A DNA stretch of 64,000 nt from Psammoneis japonica (Eukaryota): positions 1 through 64,000 of the forward strand of contig QPGO01000248.1 in assembly GCA_008632985.1 (NCBI GenBank), given 5' to 3'. Below are positions 10,981 through 21,000 of the stretch, in pieces. The notes under the pieces were generated by a model. The model worked only from the letters and a program-made list of their open reading frames with translations, searched no databases and was not told the DNA's origin. Positions within the stretch are counted from its first letter, which is position 1, and every line of letters starts with the position of its first letter. Made by a program: the position numbers and the translations under genes.

Positions 10981-11440
10981 TTAAGCCTTCCCCATGTGAG
11001 CCCCGATAGACATTTTCCGGAGTGATGCTTGTGCTCTATTGTAATGGATTACTCTCTCATTCGTGGACGCTGGAGCTTGCTCCTGTAAGTCTGTAACTCG
11101 AACAGCTTGCTGCAAAAATGCCAGAGCTTTATCTCGGATTGACTCATTCTCATTCTCTTTAGGCTGCTGTAAACCGATCATAACGCAGGCCCGCATTTCC
11201 ACTTTGTGGGGCGCCCGATAGCTACAGACCTAGAACTCTTCGTTTCTGCATGATACACAAGTAGTGTTTCATCTCCAGCTTGGAGCTCACATGGGTGTTT
11301 GGTTGATGGGCCATTATCAAGCAGTAGAATGTAGGAATGAAACATGCCAGTATGGACTCGAAATGGGCGGGAGGGCAAAAAGCTTGACATGGCTGCTTCG
11401 GGAAGAATCAACGCCATCGTTCTTGCAGAGGAACCGTCTC
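10981..11440 (-). pseudogene. Degraded C-terminal fragment of a type II (archaeal/plant-like) 3-dehydroquinate synthase
   Basis: GSSARTMALILPEAAMSSFLPSRPFRVHTGMFHSY..ELQAGDE..SVAIGR followed, after a frameshift, by FLQQAVRV..GAHMGKA*. This matches the DHQS-II SRPFRVNAGPVHSY / LQxAETVRL region. No intact 5' part is visible. Confidence 0.7.
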
Positions 11441-11952
11441 GCTAAACTCTCTAGTACTTTGTGCATCTAAGGCCAGGGCATACTTGAATATTTGATGCAA
11501 TGCCAGAGTGTGATGTACCTAGAAGTATGTAGCAGGGAGATCATCGGATAGAAGACAGAACGTCCCAAACAGCTTCTTGTTGCAAAGCCAGAGTGCAGCC
11601 ATGGTGTACGGGTAGGGAGACCATGGGATACCAACACAGTAGGCCCTTCTATTACTCTCTCTAGCTAGCTATGTTCTCTACTAGTAGACACTCCCAAGTT
11701 GGCGGTCTCTAGAGAGAGGGCCTACCTCTACAGTCCTACATTTTAGAATACAGTTTTCGTTTAGAGAGAGTACATAGGGCCCTTGCAATACAAATCCAAT
11801 CGAGTTGATCATTCTAGGCTCTATCTACTGTACCTGGTACAGTACCGGTAGGTATACACGCGACGCGATGGTTTTATTTTGGCGATGACAAAGCGGAAAA
11901 CGAATGACTTCAAAACAAAAGATACCCTACGATAACTTTCGGGTTTACGACC

Positions 11953-13497
11953 ATGGTCGATGACATTGCCGATGGTTCCCTAGATGGAATAGATAATTCC
12001 TTGAGTCCCCAGCATAATTTTGCAGACGCAGTTCAAGCAGAGGAGCAATCACGTGCTGTTCGCAGCGTCCCGAGTCTCTTTCAGTTCAACCATGCTCCCC
12101 CAGAAGCTACGGGCCTTGGTCTTGATGTCTACGGCCGAGGGGCCGTGGTGATGAGTTCTCTCTTTGTGGGTCCTGTCCTTATTCAGCTCGCTGCCAATGA
12201 GGCAGAGAGTCGGTGTAACAATCAAGAAAATTGCGAGGACGCACGAATATACGGAATGCTTCCGTCGTCCTTGCTCAGTAACATTGCTATCGTCTCGGGA
12301 CTGACTGCGGCCTTTTTGTTGCCACTTTTTGGAGCCATCGTAGATCACACTTGCTACCGCCGACAAGTTGGATCCATTTCTGCAGCCTTAATCGCGGTGA
12401 TTAAGGGTGTCGAGGTGGTTGTGTCTTCCAGAACGTGGGCATTTGTTGCAGTCTGTCAGGTGTTTTCGGGCGTGCTGTACATGATTCATCTTTGCGCTAC
12501 ATTTGCCTACACGTCCGAGTTAAGTTCGTGTCCGGCTGAGCAGACAAAGTACAACACGTACTTCAACATTCTCCTATACATTTCGACGCTTGCGTTTCTT
12601 GCGGAGGTGTTGCTGATTTCAACTACGTTGGGTCTTGCCGATTTGGGGACTGCACGGGTGTCCCAGATAGTTACAACTAGCACAGCAGGACTTTTCTTTG
12701 GATACGCATGGCTATTTCTCTTTCGAAATCGCCCAGCGCTAAGTCGTGTTCCAGAAGGATCAAGTCTCTTGAGATGTGGCTTTCGACAGATCTACGACAC
12801 TACGGTAAAGATTCGATCGGATCTTCCGGCGCTCAAATGGTTCATGGTGGCACTCACTTTTAACGAGTCGGCGAGTGCTACTCTCATCACGATTGCAACA
12901 ACATACATGACACTTTTGCTTGAAATGAACTCTAGCGAGATTGGTGTTGTTTTCCTGGTGGTGTTAATTCTTGGCATCCCGGGAACAAAGCTGGGAGAAA
13001 CCGTAGCCTTGCGATTCGATCCTGTCGTGAGTGCAAGGGCTTGTACCGTTTGCTTCATATTTGTCACAACAGCGGCTTCGTTGTTTTTACGTGGTCCCGA
13101 GGACAAGCAGTTTGTTCATATCTTTGGCGGTCTGTGGGGGTTGTGTTTGGGCTGGTTGCATCCAATGGATTCTACAGTCTTCATTACCATCATTCCGAAA
13201 GGCCAGGAGAGTGAGTTGATGGGAATGTATATTTTCTGTGGCCAAGTCTTATCATGGCTACCGCCTCTAGTGTTTACCGTGTTGAATGAAGCTGGGGTGG
13301 AAATGAGCGTGGGTCTAGCTTCCCTTAATTTGTTCTTTCTCCTGGGTCTCTGTTTTCTATTCCTCATGGGCAATCACAAAACAGCAGTACATGTTGCGAG
13401 ACTGCACAGCAGGCAGGGCTACTCAATGCACAATGACAACGAGAGTAAATTTCACGAGGGTGGCATGGGTGACATTTTTCTGCCGTCAATAACCTAG
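11953..13497 (+). CDS. MFS transporter, Atg22/UMF1-like
   Basis: 514-aa intronless ORF with about 12 hydrophobic segments; LLPLFGAIVDHTCYRRQ and IIPKGQESELMGMYIFCGQVLSWLPPLVF motifs. Confidence 0.8.
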   Translation: MVDDIADGSLDGIDNSLSPQHNFADAVQAEEQSRAVRSVPSLFQFNHAPPEATGLGLDVYGRGAVVMSSLFVGPVLIQLAANEAESRCNNQENCEDARIYGMLPSSLLSNIAIVSGLTAAFLLPLFGAIVDHTCYRRQVGSISAALIAVIKGVEVVVSSRTWAFVAVCQVFSGVLYMIHLCATFAYTSELSSCPAEQTKYNTYFNILLYISTLAFLAEVLLISTTLGLADLGTARVSQIVTTSTAGLFFGYAWLFLFRNRPALSRVPEGSSLLRCGFRQIYDTTVKIRSDLPALKWFMVALTFNESASATLITIATTYMTLLLEMNSSEIGVVFLVVLILGIPGTKLGETVALRFDPVVSARACTVCFIFVTTAASLFLRGPEDKQFVHIFGGLWGLCLGWLHPMDSTVFITIIPKGQESELMGMYIFCGQVLSWLPPLVFTVLNEAGVEMSVGLASLNLFFLLGLCFLFLMGNHKTAVHVARLHSRQGYSMHNDNESKFHEGGMGDIFLPSIT

Positions 13498-13649
13498 AAA
13501 TTCATAGATAGAAATTGCTACTCTGCGCTCGTATGCTAGCCTTTCTACCGGCACTAACTCTAGCTAGCTCTGCTGTACTGTAGGTACTAGCTAGCTACTC
13601 TAGCCACATGCATAGAGCCAGTTAAAGAGATGCTGTTGAGTATGAAGTG

Positions 13650-16330
13650 AAGTGGTCCTCGTTGCCGAAGGATGGACGGTAGAGGGGGCGGTCGTGCATT
13701 TATTTGCTGCCAACTTTATCAGAGAGACATTGCTTGGACAACCTGCTCTGAAGCCTGGAATGGGCATTGGTGCTTTGGTGTGATGGCATCTCACTGATTT
13801 GTTGATTTTTGTGACAAGCGCCATGCTGTTGACCGGCATGTGAGTTGCTCGCGCAACACAGCACACACACATGTGTGAGTGTGTGTGGACATTGGCAAAT
13901 TATGTCTCAGGGCAAGCTGTGTGTCACAATGACACTGCAGTCCTTGGATGATGGCTCACTTGTGGGATGTTGTCAGTGTCACATGTGAGCCAAGAAACAC
14001 AAGCATCTCCATGCATTGACAACTGGAAAGTCACTGGTCACTGCCAGGTGTCTCAGGTCAAGCCATGCTGTGTCATGATGACATGGCGGTCATTGGATGA
14101 TCACTCACTTGTGGGATGTTTTCAGCACCACATGTGAGCCAAAACACACAAGCACCTGTGCATTGAAAATGGAAAATTGCCAGTGACTGACAGTTGCTGC
14201 TGGGTGCAACATGCAACATCATTGCTCAAAAATGCAGCACGTGCCAGCCATCCCCAAGTGTCAAATGTCCCTCAGCATCTCTCACAATTTGTTTCTCTGG
14301 AGACAGGAAAGCACACCACTTTCACCCTGCACTTGTCACTTTGTGACAACACATCACCAATTTCTCAAACTTTGTCACCACAATGGGTGCCAGCACATTG
14401 GGGCTCTTTTGATTCATTGCAGTGGGTGCAGTGGTGTTGTGTGGTGTCGCTGTGTCTTGCCACACAAAGTGTTGCTGCAGTTGCTGGTCTGAGCTGGGAA
14501 CAGATTTCACACTCAAAGAGCCAAATCCAGTGCTCCAGCACCACCCAAAAGACCTGCTTGGTGCAGCTGCAAACCCAGGAGTTGCTTTTCCTGCCTCATT
14601 TTTCACGTTGCAAGCACACAAAAAGACTGTGTGTGGGTGGGTGGGGGTGAACTGCAAAACAAGGGCATGGGGGCAGGAACACCTGCTTCTTCTCAATTTT
14701 TGCTGGCAACAAGATTTCAGCTTGGGTTGAGTGAGTCACAGAGTTGGAGCAGGCAAACTCATGAGCTTGGAAGGTGTCTGCTTCAAGAGACAGCAAAAAG
14801 CCCACACTTTTTCTCACAGGTTTAAGAGTGCCATGCCTTTGAGGAGCTGTTTCACATGTGAAGTTGTTGTTGTGCAATCATCATTGTCCAGGGCAACTGG
14901 GGCATTGCTGCTCACCCACATCCTGTGCAAGCACAAGGAAGTTGCCAACAAAAATTGAGCATGGGGCTGTGCTTCTGTTGAAAAAGATCCCATTGCAACT
15001 CTGCCTCACTTGCTGGAGCTCACATTGAGCAGCTGAGAATTGACAGCCCAGGGCAGACATTCAAGGCTGCTCTCACTTTGAAAACACAGGCAAAGGGTTC
15101 TTTGGGGTGAAAGTGCTGTGTGCTGCAACCTGCAACAACCACGATGCTTGTGCACAGGTTGGTGCTCAGAAATGTGTGCCAGATGTGCTGGTTGCTTTGC
15201 TTTTGCCCAGTGCTGGCAACCAGGAAGCAGCTTGCAAGAAGAAATTGGGCGTGATGGCTTTGCTTTTGCCCAGTGCCAGAAACCAGAAAGCCTGCAAGAA
15301 AGCAGGCACACAGGCTGGTGTGCTCTGAAATGCACTGGACATGGTTGCTTTTTGTTTTTGTCAAGTGCCACCAACCAAAAAGAAGATTGCAGCAAAGTGG
15401 GTGATTTGGGAGAGCACGTGGCTCAGACTCTGTGGCTTGCTCTTAAAAGGCATTGCTGGCCCAAGGCCAGAGCTCAGACCACAAAGTCTGCAGCCACAAG
15501 CTTGCAAAAAAGGGTGAGCACCAGTCAGCTCATGAGGTTTCCAAAATTGCCTTCAAGGGGGAGCAAACTGGGCTTTGTTGGATGGCAAGAAGTTTCCCAG
15601 AATCAGGCCAGCTTTCCTTGTTTGCTTCTTTTGTTTGCAAGAAAGCAATGCATTTTGGAGATCACACAGAGCATGTGTTCATTTGCCCCTTCTGGGATGA
15701 TGTGCACAAACAGGTTGACAGCCCATGATGCTCTGCACCACAGCAAGATTGGTGCTCTCACTTGGTTGCTTGTTTTCCTGACTCAAGAGTTCCAGCCCCC
15801 CTCCCCACTTGGAATGACTGGAGTGACCTTTTCTTGAAACCACCAAGCCCCCACTCTGGTCAATTTTTTGTCAGTTTTTTGTTGGGGCATCCTGTGGTCC
15901 AGCAGCCATTTTTGCTCCAGCGCTGTGCAACAAGAGGGAACAACATTGGTGTGACTGCTGTGTGTGCAGATTTGGGGCCAAGGCAGCCAAGCACCGCACC
16001 TTTGGTGCTTTGTTGCAGCACCACCAGCACTCTGAGCCAACACACAGTGCAAAAAGCAGCCAGTGTCATCATTGTTCTGTCACAGTGGGAAACTTGCCAG
16101 CTGCACTTCTTGGCTTGTTTGTTGCTGAAGCCAACCCAGTGGTTTTTGTTGGTGGGCACACATGCACTGCGGCGTGCCTCTTTTCCTGTTGTCATTTGTG
16201 GCACCTCACCGGTTTGAGGACTTTGAAAGCCAGAGCTGGTTCCTGAAATGATTTGGCAGTGCATGAGTTGAAGCATTCATTTTGCTCGGCAATCGGGCAG
16301 ATTGTCCAACGTGAACAGGGGCAACGATGA
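13650..16330. repeat. Old degenerate repeat/TE block depleted in both TpA and CpG
   Basis: TG/CA-rich, with spurious Cys/His-rich ORFs in all frames. Contains a diverged ~146-bp tandem duplication (13904-14049 / 14050-~14190) and a ~63-bp one (~15194 / ~15257). Confidence 0.75.
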
Positions 16331-16826
16331 GCGGCTCACGCCGCCCGTCTTGTTCCTTCTCCTGCGGCTCTCTAGTGCCATCTAGAGATCTTCCAATGAT
16401 GGACTGGAATGGCTTTGCCAGCGGATGCGCAAGCCTCATTCCCAAAAACCCAAGCTGGAGCGGCAGGGCCAGAGGGCGGGAGAGGTGGGAGTGTTAAAAA
16501 CTGTCTGGCGGCTTCTTGCTCTTTGTTGCTCTTCGGAAGAATGAGTGAAGCAAACGAGAGAAGAGCAGAAAAAACCGTCATTTGCTCGCCAAGTTCGCGC
16601 AAGCACGTTCAAATTTGAGTTCAAACGGTTTGCATGACCCAACGGTCAAATGCGGGTCATTTGCCTTGTCGCACTGCACAAGGTGGGCGGCTCACGCCGC
16701 CCGTCTTGTTCCTTCTCCTGCGGCTCTCTAGTGCTGTCTAGAGATCTTCCAATGATGGACTGGAATGGCTTTGCTGGCAGATGCGCAAGCCTCATTCCCA
16801 AAAACCCAAGCTGGAACGGCAGGGCC
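16331..16826 (-). repeat. 3' terminal B1-A2-B2 split direct repeats of element copy 2
   Basis: 140-bp B repeat at 16331-16470 and 16687-16826. 195-bp A2 at 16493-16687 matches 22508-22702 with 6 differences. Confidence 0.95.
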
Positions 16827-16896
16827 TTCCAGCGCCACCTACAGTGCCGTGCACTTTTGGGAGGGTGGGTGGGTTGAGGCTGGAAGGCTGTGGTGA

Positions 16897-18072
16897 TCAG
16901 GCGTCTTGAGGATTTTGAGGGACGTCAGCATCAGGGTGGAGGACGAAGTCGCCACCGGCGAGCATGTCGCGAGCGAAGTTGCGCATGACTGGTTCTGCTT
17001 GCAAGTGCAGGTGTCGCAACATTTCGTCGGATCGCCAGCGGCCTAAGAGCCGAATGAGATTGGTGTCCACATGGGCACAAAGGAGGGCCATTGCTCCGGC
17101 GGCACGAAGACACCGAGCGGCAACATCTCGGGTGGTGAAGCCGAGATTAGCCGGACCGAGAGCAGTGACAGCATTGCGCAGCATGCTGGTGATGTCGGCC
17201 GGGGACACACGATGCCAGGTGTTGTTTTGAAAGCAAACACCAAGGGGTGTGTCAGGGAGCGCACCGTGGGTGCGCAAGTGTTGGACACGGCGGATGAGGG
17301 CTTGAACCGGGCACAGGTGGGGGTGACCGGAAAGACCAAGCCCCAGAACTTCGCCTCACACTCCATTTTTCTGGGCAGCAAAGGTGAGAGTGGCGAAGTC
17401 TGCTGTGTCAAGGTGTGCAAGTGGAACTTGCATGGTGTCCAGGTGAGCACCACCAGACGCAAGCCGGACATCGGCGAAACGAAAGGGGGTGGTGTCTGAT
17501 GGTGTTGCGGTGCACTCGCCAGGCCGCAACAAGAAGAAAAAGGCAAGTGCAATCATTTCAGCAATGGCTTGTGTGCCCGGGTCATTGCTGAGGGCTGCGG
17601 CAGTCATAATCCATTGCAGCACTGCAATTGGGACCGGTTTTACGCGGTCTGGGGGTGGATCCTGCTTCTTGTAAAAACGGACTTGCCGGGTAAGGCGGAA
17701 ATCCATTGTGCCTTGGGATGTGTGGCGTGGATCCGGGGACCCCATTGCAGCGAACGTTTGGCCAACCGAACGTGCGGCATCTTCAGCGGTTCTTCCACGG
17801 ACGGGATTGCCCATCGGCGCGAGGACTCCTGTGCGGTGTCGGTGCAAGAAGACTTGGAGGAAGACAACAGGGTCGTCAACATCTTCGAGGAGTGGGTCGA
17901 TGGCCAAAGAGGAGCAGAACTCTCGCCATTTGTCCCAATGGGTGTTGGCGGCGGAGGCTCTGGAAGAGGTGACGCCATGCTGGACTGCGTGTTGAGCAGC
18001 ATTGAGATCACATATGAACTCAGTTCTGGTGGAGGCATCCAGAGACGCCAGGAGAGTTTCTGCGGATAGCAC
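16897..18072 (-). pseudogene. Tyrosine recombinase ORF of copy 2, inactivated
   Basis: FFFLLRPGECT, QKNGV*GEVLG (in-frame TGA at 17356-17358, likely from CGA), RCLRAAGAMALL and LLGRWRSDEMLRHLH, with His at the catalytic Tyr position. Confidence 0.9.
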
Positions 18073-21000
18073 AAATTAAAGTGGCACAAAAATTCACGGT
18101 TGGACAAAGACTGTAGTCGTGAGGCATCGTCAGCGGCAGTGTTGAGGCACCCAGGCAGGTGGTCATGCAACCCCAAGCAGCGATGGCAGCGTTGATGGTA
18201 GGATTGGCATTGAAGCAACCGGGAGGCGGGTTTGACGGCAGTGGTGGCACCTTTACGTTGCCAATGCATGGTGCCTGAATTGTCGGTGCGTGAAAGACTA
18301 GTGCGTTCACGGATGTCAAAACAGTTGGCGGCGCCGAAGGACTGAATGACACTGCCGGCAAGTTCCAGGTCTGTGTTGGTGATGAGACCGCGTGGGTTGG
18401 AGAAAGTGGAGAGTTGACTGCTGACACTTTTGGGAAAGGGCAGTCGCCACACTGCAGGACCCGCATCTCTCTGTTGACAGCGTCTGCAATTGCCGAAACG
18501 GAGAGTGGCTGCTCTGGGTGCTGTGGTGCTGGTTGGCAGGAGGACGCCGCCTGCGCCGTGACCTGCAGCATCATGACAGCCGGTGAGTGTTGGTTTGAGT
18601 GGAACCAATTCTTGAATGCAAACGGGTCGGGCGTCTAGGGTAGATTCTAGATCCCGAAAATCATCCAGTGTGCAGTGCGCATTGGCGGAGATCCGGACGC
18701 GTGAGTCCGGAGTGGTGTGTCGGAGATTTTCTTGGAGTGCTGAGAAGAGACCCCGGGAGCCGGGGACAGCAATGCTCAGAGAGCGTAGCTCTCCCAGCAA
18801 TTTCTGACAATCGGAGACGGCAGCACGTTTACGTGTGCGGGGGAAATCCTGGTGCAGCGTTGTGTGAAGTCGGGCACGCCGTCGGGGCGTGAGTCGGATG
18901 GTCACAGCGCGAGCATCTATGAGCCAACCCAGGACTTCTTTCTGCGTGGACCATGTGGCATCACCCTGGCAGAGCTTCTTGATGGAGACGGGCTCTTTGC
19001 GGGTGGCTGGGTCATGTGCATCGAGTGGGCGGAAAATGTCATCGAGAACATGCAGCATCACACGATGAACGTTGCGCCGGGCTTGCTTCGAACCTTGCGC
19101 AGCGCGGAGGAAGTCGTCAACATAGATGTCGATGTGTTGCAAGCGGCGGCGCCGACGCGGACGGAGGTGTGGGTTGGGCGCATCAGGAATGGGCACGGCC
19201 TGGGAAGCTGCGGCAACTTGTGGTGGTTGGTGCTTCGGCGGGCGGCTTTCTAAAAGCGATTCCAGCGGATGTGGCGGTGCTTGGACGTTGCGCACCAAAT
19301 CCAAATTGGCGATGTCAGCGACAGTCTCCGTTGCTGTGCAGAACAATGGCGGGGAGTTGGCCCAGCCCATGGGCAAGCGTGTTGGGATTGCAACCAATGG
19401 TGGTTCGCCCGGTTGGTTCGGGAACACTGCACCAAGTGTGGGAGCCTGTTCTGGCGCAACTTGCGTGCGGCAATGGCCATCAGCCAAGTCGATCTTCATG
19501 AGATAGACCGTGCCTTTTCTGGGATCGGCAAGTGGGACACGGCACAGAAGGCGGTCGAAGGCACATCCAAATTGCATGGCTTCCATTGCAGCATTGGGTT
19601 GCGTGGAAGGATTCAGCCCACAACAGGCACAGTCTACAATGGGGCGGGGGCGTCGACCATGTTGAGGCACCACGCCAATTGGGCTTGGGCGAAGACCGGG
19701 GGTGTGACACACTTCCTCGTAAGGGATGACAACCCAAAAACCCTTCTCGACCATGTCGGCCATGTCTTGGCGCAGAAACTCGATGTGTTCATAGGCGGAT
19801 TTGTGTGGACCCCTGGAGATGCTGGCGTCTGGCTCAGCATGCGTCCATGGTGCATCGGCGGCGGTGATGGGGGCACCTCGGTGCTTGCAAGTGCTCAGCA
19901 GTCGGTGAGCTGGGTGTTGCTTGACTCGGTGGAGTGGACCCCAATCGCCTCTGCCACTGCGATGACGTGACAAGTGACTGAGACCTCTGCGACGCAGCAA
20001 CGCAGCATCAGTTCGCATGTGCTCACCCAGTTTGTCATTGTAGATTGCGGCAGCAACATCCTGTCCACGGGCAGTGGGGCGGGTGCACTGCCTCTTGAAA
20101 TTCTCCACAGTCAGGGGTTGTGGACGTGATGGCGCGTCGACCATCGCGGATGAAGGCTCTTGGCTCCAAGTCCCCGAACTTGGGCCATTGCCGAAGACCT
20201 GTTCGGTCTTCCAGTTCTCCTCACCCCAGGTGAGAAGAGTGGCCTGTTCGGCGTCTGTGTGGTCATTGCGATGATCACAGGACGAGCCACAGTTGGTGTT
20301 ACATTGCCCTTTGTAATGGCAGGGAAAGCAACGAGGACGACCTTGGGCATCTTTGGGAAGTTCGATGTTGTTCCTTGCGCATCGGTTTTTGACATCGCGT
20401 GACCTGACGTTGGGGCGGTCACGAAGCGTGGCGAAGCGGTTGTCATAAGAAGGGTTGTGGACTGCGCTGTTGCTCCCTGCGGCTTGACTGATGGGGGGCG
20501 TGTTGGCAGGCTGGTGTTGAGTTGCCGGGGCCGGTGCGGCTCCCAGTGCAGAACTGGGGCTGGCAGCTTGCATGCTAGCGGGCAAGTGCGGGCGCCAGCA
20601 CATGATTCCTTTAGCCGCTTCAAACACAACGTTCAATGGTGAGAATGGAAGCGGGTGAAGGGAGGCTTCTTGAGCCTTGAACCAATGGCGGACTTCAATC
20701 TGCGCACAGTGTTGAAAATCCACGGGAAGGGTTGGGCACCAAGCAGCCTGTGCTGCCAACTCGTTGGCATGCCGGTCCATGTCTTGACGTTGACGGGTGA
20801 GCCACTGGACAACTGGATGGTTGGCTCCAAGTGAGGCAGAAAGCACCAGGCGGTGTCTGTCGCAGGACTGCTGAGCGGCTTGCATTGTCGTCGCCACAAG
20901 CGCCTTGTCTGGTGCTTCCAGGATCTGCGTGTCTTGGAGGGACGGGGCCGCAGCGCCGCCATGAATGTGCATGCACATGGCCTTGCGACAGGCGATCTGC

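Noticed and set aside
16331..16826. CRISPR-like or LTR interpretation of the repeats
   Set aside because: The repeats are 140-195 bp in split A/B order, with no spacer array or TG...CA LTR ends.
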